Assembly (NCBI RefSeq): GCF_006345805.1 | Contig: NC_043004.1 | Location: 46,376,001 to 46,440,000, forward strand | Reading direction: 5' to 3' | Length of the DNA stretch: 64,000 bases | Origin: Octopus sinensis | Taxonomy: Eukaryota | Position numbers and translations under genes: made by a program | Shown here: piece after piece, positions 53,386 to 64,000 of the stretch | Layout: each line of letters opens with the position of its first letter | How positions within the stretch are numbered: position 1 is the stretch's first letter | Notes under the pieces: generated by a model | Seen by the model: the letters and a program-made list of their open reading frames with translations, nothing else | What the model was told of the DNA's origin: nothing | The model's database searches: none

Positions 53386-53638
53386 CGAAGAATTAATAAG
53401 AGGGAAAAAGTAGAGTTCATATAAAGAGTTGTTTTCGTAAATGATGGATATAAGAAGTATAAAGAAAAATAGGTGAAAAAGACCAAAAATGAAAATAAAA
53501 ATATACACTACCATATAACAGCCGCCCTGGTAACATAAAACTGTTGCCGACGGTATTATAAACCCGTTACTGAAGTTCTAGTGGTCTAGTGTAATTTATA
53601 AATGCACCGTGTTCAACACCCTAAACAATTCTACAAGC

Positions 53639-53669
<31 letters not shown>

Positions 53670-53694
53670 CATGCATACATACATACATACATAC

Positions 53695-53746
<52 letters not shown>

Positions 53747-53974
53747 GCATGTATATATAAACAGAATGAAGGCTTTGGTGTTGGACACAGTTTTTAAATC
53801 AAAACTGGTGACGAAGTTATTATTTTTACAGATAGTTGACGAGACATTCATATAGCGGGAACACTTACCAATTTGAGGTTTATTTTTAACGGAGGGGATT
53901 ATGGAAAATAAAATTTATACATATATGTACATACATATATACATGCATTTATATATATATCCCTATATATATAT

Positions 53975-54086
<112 letters not shown>

Positions 54087-54139
54087 CATATACATATACA
54101 TAGGAGTCCAGTGTAATCCATAGCCAGGAGAGCTGCAGC

Positions 54140-54310
54140 TGCAGTGTACAAAGTCTTATTTTCTCTCCTTGTTTCTTTCTGTGGAAGAGCGTTGGCTCGA
54201 AACGCTAATGTCTTTTTCACTTCCCGAGCGTTATACTAATACATCTGTTTGTTGTCTACACTACCAGTCTTCATCGTTTGTGGGGTTTTTTTTGTGAATT
54301 CTCTACATAT
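54140..54310 (+). mobile_element. Short repeat carrying an HHR-like motif with CTGT(A/G)GA core, copy 1
   Basis: Alignable with 55660-55830 and 55855-56010. Confidence 0.65.
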
Positions 54311-55364
54311 ATACATACATGCATATATATATATATGCATATATATGTACACATCTACATATATACTTACATACATATTCATATATATACAAACACATAC
54401 ACATACATATAAACAGATACAAGCGTGTAAGCGATTGTCGGAATATTTTTTCAAGTCAATATGTCAGGATACAAGTAATTTTCTGACAGGATATTGGGAA
54501 TATACCCTGCAAGAGATTTGCATGAACGAAAACGTAACTGGCCGAAATACAGTCCAATGAAATTATTTATAAACCAGGAAGTATGGACGATTGATAACAA
54601 TAACCAAAACCCTATGAATCATTTAAAATAATAGACCTCCTACACGAGACCAAAAGAAAAATAATAGATAATTGTAGCGGTCACATTAAATGTAATGCTA
54701 TACGTTAGAAAATTACTAGGTTATTAATGCGGTTAATGCGACAGGTGAATAGGTTGTTTTTGATTGCTTACATGATTCTATAAAGTGTGTGTGTGTAGAA
54801 TCCTCTCTCTCTTTTTCTCTTTCTCTGTCTACTCTCTCTCTATCACTCTGTATATATATATATATATATATATTACACCCACACACATTTGTACATATGA
54901 GTGGGCATATATTTATTCATATATGGATATATATATATATATATACATTTATATATATGTATATGTGTGTACGTGTATGTATGCATGTATGTATGTATGT
55001 ATGCATGCATATATGCATATATGTAAGTATGTATGTATATATGGGTCCCTAACGTCGAAATTGCAATTGGGAATTAAACAGTTGTTTTTAAATTATGAAT
55101 TCTATTTGTCCTGTCGCACGCAAACATTTTTATCGGGAAGAGAAATAATATGAATCATAAAAATGGCTTTATAACGGTTTTGACTGCTATTTCTAAACAT
55201 GTAAGGGTTTTGAAACCCTCTTAGTTATAAATTGACTTGTTCATTATTATAAATATTCTTCTTCTATGCATATTATAACATGTTTTGGTCATTGATATAT
55301 TCATAAACAATTATTGATTGTTTATAATATATCCACCGAAATGTATTACATTACTCGTTAGCTT

Positions 55365-55401
<37 letters not shown>

Positions 55402-55529
55402 GCGTAGGGTGTAAGAATAATTATTTTTTATGTAGTGTAAATTAATTTATTGTGAGAAACGATGACGAAATCAAGAACGTTAATGCGCATAGACAGAAAC
55501 GGAAATAAAAACAAACACTTACTCACACA

Positions 55530-55566
<37 letters not shown>

Positions 55567-55659
55567 ACACATATACACACACACATATACACACACACAA
55601 ACACACACAGACATATATAAAACAGTCGCCATGAGAGATCGTTAGCCACTACACACATT

Positions 55660-55821
55660 TTTTCTCTCTTTGTTCTCTCCTTCGTTTTTTCTGTGTCCCT
55701 TTCTGTAGAAGAGCGTAGGCTCGAGACATAAAAGACTTTTTCTATACCTGAGCGTTATACTAATACATCTGTTTGTTTTGTTCACCACCTGTCTTCGTCC
55801 TTTGTTTTTTTCGTAAACTCT

Positions 55822-55857
<36 letters not shown>

Positions 55858-56010
55858 CTATCCTTGTTTTTTCTGTGTCCCTTTCTGTAGAAGAGAGTAG
55901 GCTCGAAACGTAAAACACTGTTTCTATTCCTGAGCGTTATACTAGCATTTCTGTTTGTTTTGTACACCTCCTCTCTTCATCTTTTGTTTCTTCGTAAACT
56001 CTCCCTATAA
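55660..56010 (+). mobile_element. Tandem pair (182-nt offset) of the same short repeat, separated by (TA)n
   Basis: ctttctgtagaagagcgtaggctcg...gagcgttatacta...gtaaactctccctata, twice. Confidence 0.8.
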
Positions 56011-56959
56011 AACAGTTAACCTGTTATAAGTTGGAAGTATAGTTTTGTAATCGTCAGTTAAATCAGAAGAAAGTATCCACAATTTTGGAGATTCTTTCGT
56101 TTCTCTCATGTAGCATCTCTATGCGTATTAACGTTATTGATTTCATCATCGCTTCTCCTGATAAATGAAGCTACACTACGTAGATTGTAATTATTTTTAC
56201 ACCCTATATCTGATGATGAAGGTAACAAATATTGTCATCAATATTCGTTTAAGTTTGGACCGAACTCTCTATGAACGTAAATGATTTTCACCATTCCAAT
56301 GCACATCTTGCAAGTCATTTGAAAGAACAACTTGCATGGTTGTGTCATTTTTCATTACATAATCTCCATCAAACTTACAAAGAAATTATTCATTCTTAAC
56401 CTCCACGAAAACTTTCACTGTCAGAGGAAATAAACAAAAAACGATGGGTCAATGAAGATTTCTTTGAAGGAAATAGACATCGGAATCCTTTTGAGATCAT
56501 TCTTTCTCAACAGGATTAATAAATGGTATTTCATTGTTCCATTTGCTTGTTTCACGCACACACAAAAAAATGCTTCCATTACACATACAGAAGATCCATT
56601 TTATATCATCAGGCAACTTCATGTAAAGTGTTTGCTGACAATTTCGGATTGCCCGCCTCCATGAGACTCTCCTATCAAGGAGAGCATTCAGAACCTTCGA
56701 AACTACTATTAACCATTACCTTATAAAATTTAACACATGCACATACATACATACGCACGCATATATATATATATACAAATAGAAGCGTGAATATACATAC
56801 ATAATTCATATATGTATATACAGATAAATATATACACATACATACACACATACTTATACACGTTTGCGCACACACGCACACAGACTAAAACACACATGTA
56901 TGTATACGCGGAACGCTGAATGAACTGTCGACTAATTTACGCAAAAATGAAAAAAGAAA

Positions 56960-58045
56960 ACACTGACACATCATTTCAACAGACATATTTACCAAAATTA
57001 CATAAAAATATTTTGGAATACTAAAGAGTAAATTTCTTCAATAAAATCACAATTGGCTTCAACCAAGCCCTCAAGACGAATTGGGAATCTCCTGAAACTC
57101 TTCCGGGCAGTCTTCTTGTTTAAGTTTATGAATGCTGCAATACTCCTTTTCTTCAATTCATCTTTGTTGCCACAAGGAGTTTTGTTGGTCTTTCGTTCAA
57201 ATCCGCCCCACACATAACAATCAAGGGTGTTGCAGTCTGGGGAGTTAAGCGGCCAGATTTTAGTGGTGATGAGCAGTATCGCCCGGCGTTGCTCAGGTTT
57301 GTAAGGGAAATAACTATAAAGCATTTTTAGAGAGTTATATCCAAAAAATAGCAAAAAAATGGAAAAAAATGATGGTAAATTTTTTTTTTAGTTAAAAAAG
57401 GTGGAGTTGCGTCCCCTAGACAGTTTGCGGTTTGTGTTTCTGATTCTCGACCCCATGTCGAATTTATCGATTTTTTTCAGAACTGGGGGAACTTTTCAAA
57501 ATTTTCGCTGCGTTAGTTTTGAATTATGACATTGGGCTATGTGTGTGTCAAGTTTCATCAGAATCGGTTGAAAGCCGTGGTCAGGGTGAGGGTACAAGCA
57601 AACAGACACACAGAAAACGCACAGACAAACTGCCGTTTATATAGAGAGAGATGTGGTTGCAGAAATTGTCTGACATCCTTGATTGGGTTCTCCTGTTCGT
57701 GTGGCATAGTGCAGAGTCCTGTTGCTAGACATAGGGTCTTCCAGCAGCCACCCTCTTCACCCAGGACATCATTACCTGCTCCAGGCACTTGATGTAGATC
57801 TCTGTGTTGTGTCTGAGACCGTGTGGGATGATGAATGGAGACATAACGTCAACGTTACCAGTGATCACTTAAACGACTATGATGTCGACTGGATGTTTGA
57901 GTTTTATCCCTGTCGGTACATGTTTTGGGGACACCGCAAACACTCAGGTTGACTCACAAAACTCTGAAATGTTCGTATTAGATCTTCCGGCTCGAATGCC
58001 ACCCAGTACAACATGCCGTTTCCAAACTTTTGACACAGTGAATTG
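56960..58045 (-). pseudogene. maT/DD37D (Tc1-mariner) transposase catalytic region, split by a Helitron
   Basis: SPFIIPHGL, AAGRPYV*QQDSALCH, DNFCNHI | TTKIWPLNSPDCNTLDCYVWG, LEGLVEANCDFIE. Confidence 0.85.
57270..57651 (-). mobile_element. Non-autonomous Helitron inserted at A|T without TSD
   Basis: Minus strand 5' TC-TCTCTATATAAA; 3' CCTGAGCAACGCCGGG hairpin followed by a degenerate CTAG. Confidence 0.7.
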
Positions 58046-58175
58046 CGTCATGGTGCTGTTTTTTTTATCACGGCTGACCCTGCTATACTGTGTAGTTTAC
58101 ACTATTAGAAACACACAATGCGTATGCACGAAATTAAAAATGTAATGTGGTGACAATCGCACCCTGTACACACAC

Positions 58176-58225
<50 letters not shown>

Positions 58226-59516
58226 CAAATGCACATGCAGAGACACACACACACACGCATGCACACACACACTTATTTACAAAATGAGGGAATGGTGCAG
58301 GTAAAATACAGACTACCTCGGAAGTAACCATTACTCATTGAAGAGCATGACACTAGGTATTCATGAGATCGCAGATTACTTAGTTAAATGAAGGATACAC
58401 TGTTGTCTAGGGACGCCATGATAACACGCAAGAGATTTGTTCGCAAATGAGTAGGAAGCACGAGTGGGAGAACAAAAGAGAAAAATATATATATGAAGAA
58501 ATGAGATACGGGAATGGACAAAATTAATAAAGTTAAGAAAATGAATGAGTTTCAACTAAACGTGAAAGTAAAAAGCGGGGATACTTTTGGCCAGATTGAA
58601 GCTGACTAGGTGAAAGTCTTTGTGAATATAAGCCCGGGGATATTTACTATGTCAACTGTAAATAAATAAATAAATAAACGAATAGATACAGAGATAAATA
58701 TGTTGGCGGACCCATGTATATACATTTAACCAGAATCAAATGATATAAAAAGTAAGAATTTTAGGGGTAAAATTGTTAGGAACAAAAGAGGAAGAGAAAC
58801 TACAGGAATGGTAGTAACGTAAATTTGTACATATTATATATATATATATATATATAGTATATATATATATATATATATATACATACATGTATACATATAT
58901 ACATACATATATATATATATATATACGTCATGTTCCGTTCGAAGCAGATCTGTATGTCATTGTGAAAAGTAGAATGGTAATTAACTTAGACTGTATTCGG
59001 ATAGAAGTTATCGAAGTATTAGCAAATATTTCTTGCAGACTTGAAGACTTGTAAATGCGAAACATGAACTCAAAATATACACATTTTTTTCTGTGAAAAC
59101 TTGCCACGAAAAATTTGGCATAGTTTTCCGAGAAACAGTAAAGTGAAATTGTAGAAATGAGAATAAACTGCACCTATAATATACATCCCTAAACAATGAA
59201 GTAGGTATGGTTATAAGCATGACTGCTTTATGCTTACGTTGAATAACAACGTAATATATACAGAGTCTTGCACACTGTAAACAGATTTTAGAGTACGATT
59301 TGACGTTCAGCTATCAATAGCGTAGAGTATAAAATATATATTTACTAATCATATCTGCATGAGATTTAGACGATTCTTGATCTCATACGTTTAACCTTTC
59401 TTCTTCTGAGAAGAATTCTTCATAAGAAGCTTTGAAACGTCTTATGAAGATTTGTTGAAATATACTTCTATCTGTAAAACTTACACACACATACGCGCGC
59501 ACACACACACACACAT

Positions 59517-59638
59517 AAAGCTTTGGTCGGCCTGAGGCTATAAAAGAAGACACCTACCCAAGGTGCCACGAAGTGGGATTCAACCCGGAATAATGCGGTT
59601 GGGAAGCAGGTTCCTTACCACACAGCCACGCTGCGCCT
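59517..59638 (-). mobile_element. SINE 5' portion, same family as 15474, diverged
   Basis: Head plus ccgaccaaagc segment. Confidence 0.7.
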
Positions 59639-60138
59639 ACATATACATATATACATACATACATACATACATACATACATACATACACACACACGTATAT
59701 ATACACACATATATATATATGTATATATATGTCTCTTATGATAAAAGGCAGATATTCTCTGCCTATTACCATGTTCGTTTTTAATACAATTCTACAACAT
59801 AGAATTTCTTCTATTGGAATTTACCTATGATTTTTCGAAGTAGATTCGATTGGGTCATGTCATATAAAGTTATTTCAATTTGACCCCCAATGAAGCAAAA
59901 ATTCGAGAAAAGTAAATATTTTACGATTTGCCTCTCTCATTTCAAGTGCTTTACTCCTGTTATTACCAACACACTTTCTCCTACTTTCTCTTTGCAAGTG
60001 TGAAACTATTAAAGTGAAAGTATTATATAACAGGGATAAGCCATTAATAGTGGTCATCCTTTTTGCTATGGTCTTATATGCTACACCACTGGTTTTCAAT
60101 TCAAATTAATCAAATTAATATTCCATTTTCACCCTTAT

Positions 60139-60175
<37 letters not shown>

Positions 60176-60740
60176 ATTAGCAATTCGTATAAAATTGCAT
60201 CAATGACTTGATCTTGAATAAGTGGTTTCACATAAATGGGGATAAATTAAAAAGGTTTGTTGTTATTAATATTACTGTTTGACTATTGTAATCACGTTTG
60301 TCAGTTTCTCGTCAGGGAAACGTTGTTGTGTTGCATTTGTTAAATAATTGTAAACCATAAACCTCCCCCTTTCGGAAAAGGGGCTTTGGTTATTGCTTAA
60401 AAATTGAATTGTGTCCCTGTTTGGGGAAATTGACAATATTTTCACCGTCTTTACGGAAGCATTTTTGTTAAATTGGCTTCGATAAAAGAAAGTCCAAAAA
60501 TGAATTTTGCTGCAACCGAACGCTTCTATCGAAATTGCAAGAGACGGGCCTACAATTCCAGTCTGTTATATATTTTGAGTATTGTTATTACTAGCGATAT
60601 CAAGATATAACATTGTATTTTGTATTTTATGTTTAGATGTCTATATATAGATGTACATGTAATATGTACACAGATATATACACATATATACATGCATAAT
60701 ATATCTACCCATACACACATACGCACACACACATACATAG

Positions 60741-60880
60741 GGGCAGGTGTGGCTGTGTGGTAACAAACTACGTTCCAAACACATGGTCCTGGGTTCAGGC
60801 CCACTGTTTGGTGACTTGGCATGTGTCTTCTGCTGTAGCTTCAGACCAACAAAAGCCTTCCCAGTGGATTTTGTACATAT
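60741..60880 (+). mobile_element. Diverged SINE 5' portion inside the Helitron
   Basis: gtggctgtgtggtaa...gggttcaggccc head. Confidence 0.6.
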
Positions 60881-60939
60881 ATACAGCCATACATACATAT
60901 ATATACATGCATACGTACATATTCGGCATAAACACTCTA

Positions 60940-62600
60940 CCACTACAACTAATAACTGTTGGGAACACTTTCAAACCTGCCTTACATTCGAACCGGAATC
61001 TCAAAAACATTGTCCCCTTCAGCGCCAAACTCAACTGCTCTATCCTGACATGGAGGGTATCAGCAATGAAATCTATAACAAAACACTCATTGACATTGAA
61101 GACAGAATTGCTAAACTGGGTGGAAATGAATTGTCGACGTATGGCCTGCCACAAGCATTCAGGTCAGGGTCAAATAGCTTCCCCACGGCTGTCATTCGTG
61201 AAACAACCTACGACACTCAAGCGCTTTCAAAGTACATTGTTGAAAATGAGCCTAAATTACTTCCGGACCAGCTGCAGGCCTACAGAACTATTCTTAACAG
61301 TGTACGCCAACGAGAGGGACGAATCTTCTTCCTCGATGCTCCTGGAGGGACAGGAAAAACATTTATTACAAAGCTTCTCCCTGCAGAAGTTAGGTAGCAT
61401 CAGGACATTACAGTAGCTGTAGCCTCCTCTGGCATTGCAGCTACTTTGTTACCCGGTGGCAAGACAGCACACTCAACTTTTAAACTCCCTCTCAATTTAG
61501 CAGCATCCGAAATGCCTTCATACAACATCAACAAAAGCTCAGATCAGGGACAAGTACTTAAAATGTGTTATGTAATTGTCTGGGATAAATGCACTATGGC
61601 TCACAAGGGAGCTTTGGAAGCATTAGGTAGAGCCCTGAAAGACATCCGAGACTGTCAGGCTCCAATGGGATGTCTAACGCTTCTGTTGTCAGGTGATTTC
61701 AGGCAAACTCTTCCTGTCATTCCGAAAGGCACTAGAGCTGATGAAGTTCAAGCATGCCTAAAGTCCTCTACACTGTGGCATCATGTTACAATCTTTAGTC
61801 TCACCACTAGCATGAGAGCTCAGCTACACGGCGACAAAATGTCCACAAAGTTTGCACAGGACATTTTGACACTTGGTGAAGGAAAGATGCCTCACGATGC
61901 TGCAGGACAAATTTAAGTGTGGTCAGTTTCCTCTGTTGTTAATCCTGTAGATGACCTCAAAAACAAAGTCTTTCCCAACTTCACACAAAACTACCAAAAT
62001 CACAATTGGCTGTGTGAAAGAGCAATATTATCTCCAAAAAACGTCACTGTTAACAAAATTAATCAACAGCTAATGCATTCTCTTCCCGGCACTATACACA
62101 CTTACAAGTCTGTTGATACAATTCCAGATATAAATGAAGTTGTGAACTATCCTCCTGAATTTCCCAATTCACTGGAGCTTCCTCGACTACCTCCACACAT
62201 ATTAGCACTTAAAGTTGGAACTCCTGTAATGCTACTCCGCAATCTGGAACCACCAAGACTTTGCAATGGAACACGACTGGTGATAAAGAAAATGATGTCA
62301 CACGTTATCGAGGAGATCATTCTTTCTGGATGTGGAAAATGTGATGACGTCTTTATTCCAAGATTTCCTCCTACTCCATCAGGAGCAGAAATTCCATTTA
62401 CATTCAGAAGACTGCAATTCCCCCTTTGTGTCAGCTTTGCCATGTCCATTAACAAATCTCAGGGTCAAACCCTCTTTGTAGCTGGTCTTCTCTTGGAAGA
62501 GCCCTGCTTCTCGCATAGGCAACTGTATGTTGGCTGCTGAAAGGTAGGAACCAAAAGAAATTTTTTTTTGTATATTCTCCACAAGGAAAAACAAGGAACA
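60940..62600 (+). pseudogene. Helitron PIF1-like SF1B helicase, one frame with in-frame stops, Rep domain missing
   Basis: FLDAPGGTGKT, VASSGIAATLLPGGKTAHS, IVWDKCTM, GDFRQTLPV, VMLLRNL..LCNGTRL, FAMSINKSQGQT, FSHRQLYVGC. Confidence 0.93.
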
Positions 62601-62807
62601 TTGTTTACAACGAGGTGTTATAATCTCAACAGCCAGGAGGTATATACATGATCCCCTTTTTTTAACAAACTTCATGTACTTTCATGTATTTATTATAATA
62701 TACATATATTTGTGTGTGTGTGTGTGTGTGTGTATCCATATATATAACAGAAAAGTCTAATTCTTCTATTGAATGTAACCGGGCAACGCCGGGTATCTCT
62801 GCTAGCA

Positions 62808-62879
<72 letters not shown>

Positions 62880-63007
62880 GTATGTATGTATGTATGTATC
62901 AGAGAGAGAGAGAGAAATAATTGTATAAACTACAATTATGTTTAAGGGCGCAAAAAGCTAATATGTCTATATGCCTTATATATATATATATATATATATA
63001 ATATAAT

Positions 63008-63040
<33 letters not shown>

Positions 63041-63525
63041 TATGCGCATAGGCATATATATACACATAATCACACACAATCAAAAACTCACTCACACACG
63101 CACGCACACAAACACACATGCATTACCTAAAATCCTGAGTTTAATATTTAATACTACGATGCTATATTCTGTCAGTCAGTTTACTCAAACCAGAAAGCAT
63201 TTTCACCATAGAAAGTGAGTAATCCATTTCTGGAAAAATCTCTTAACAATAGTTTCTGAATAATTAAAAATTATTCCAATACTCAGAGGTATATATGCAC
63301 GCCTCTACAACATCTAATATTTTTAATAACTTTTTACCTCTCGTCGGCACACACAGACAGACAGAGACAGAGACACACACGCACGCACCCATACACCCAT
63401 ATATAACACCAATACACGCATATATAAATATATTATATATACATATATACATATACACATATATGCATATATATATATACATATATATATATGTATGTAT
63501 ATATATACATACATACATAAATACA

Positions 63526-63673
<148 letters not shown>

Positions 63674-64000
63674 GTGTTTTTATCTATCGCCTTTAAGATA
63701 AGATCATATCAAGAAAGGTCATTCCAATATTCTGCACAGAATTCTTTGAACGTGTGAGGAAGCTGAAGAGAAAGGCAAAATAATGAGAGATAGATAAAGA
63801 ATTTCCTGTATAGAGTTTATCGATTTTCTTTTATTAAAGTTTCACTTTTCTTATTTTATTCTTCTCATTTTATTTCATTGTTCACCAATATTTAGAAAGT
63901 CTTAAGTAAATCCGTCTGTCTTCAATGGTGTTTCTATTGGCAGTTACGTAAATCAAACACAGAAAGCAACTAAAAAAAGAAAATAAAAAGATTAGTCTCC

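Larger units (their letters stand above)
60180..62805 (+). mobile_element. Helitron remnant carrying the helicase
   Basis: 3' ACCGGG-CAACG-CCGGGT hairpin and CTAG at 62802-62805; upstream blocks shared with the Helitron at 12266-14930. Confidence 0.75.

Noticed and set aside
57555-57561. CTGATGA on the minus strand
   Set aside because: Part of the common Helitron internal motif (gattctgatgaaacttg); no stems.
59418-59449. 10-bp inverted repeat enclosing GAAACGTC
   Set aside because: The CUGANGA core is absent between the arms; possibly a deleted HHR but not supportable.

Overview
AT-rich eukaryotic DNA with very dense (TA)n/(CA)n/(TATG)n/(ATT)n microsatellites. The SINE and transposon repertoire suggests a cephalopod, Octopus-like genome (recognition from memory, not a search). 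No intact protein-coding gene can be supported; most ORFs in the track are microsatellite read-throughs. The window is mostly decayed mobile DNA: Penelope-like element (PLE) remnants, CR1/Jockey-, RTE-, R4-like and Tx1/L1-type LINE fragments, several tRNA-derived SINE families, mariner and maT (DD37D) relics, a hAT MITE, two non-autonomous Helitrons and a Helitron PIF1-like helicase pseudogene. The main signal not shown by the ORF track is a set of hammerhead ribozyme (HHR) motifs. The best is a (TA)n-flanked retrozyme-like element at 38976-39648 carrying two identical, fully base-paired type I HHRs 465 nt apart, predicting a 465-nt self-excised and possibly circular RNA. Others are a near-complete HHR at the 3' end of the PLE (5772-5822), a minimal HHR with a compensatory C3G/G8C core swap (22548-22598, minus), a three-copy HHR-like family with A6->U, and several dead relics. 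All structures were parsed by eye and coordinates may be off by a few nt.
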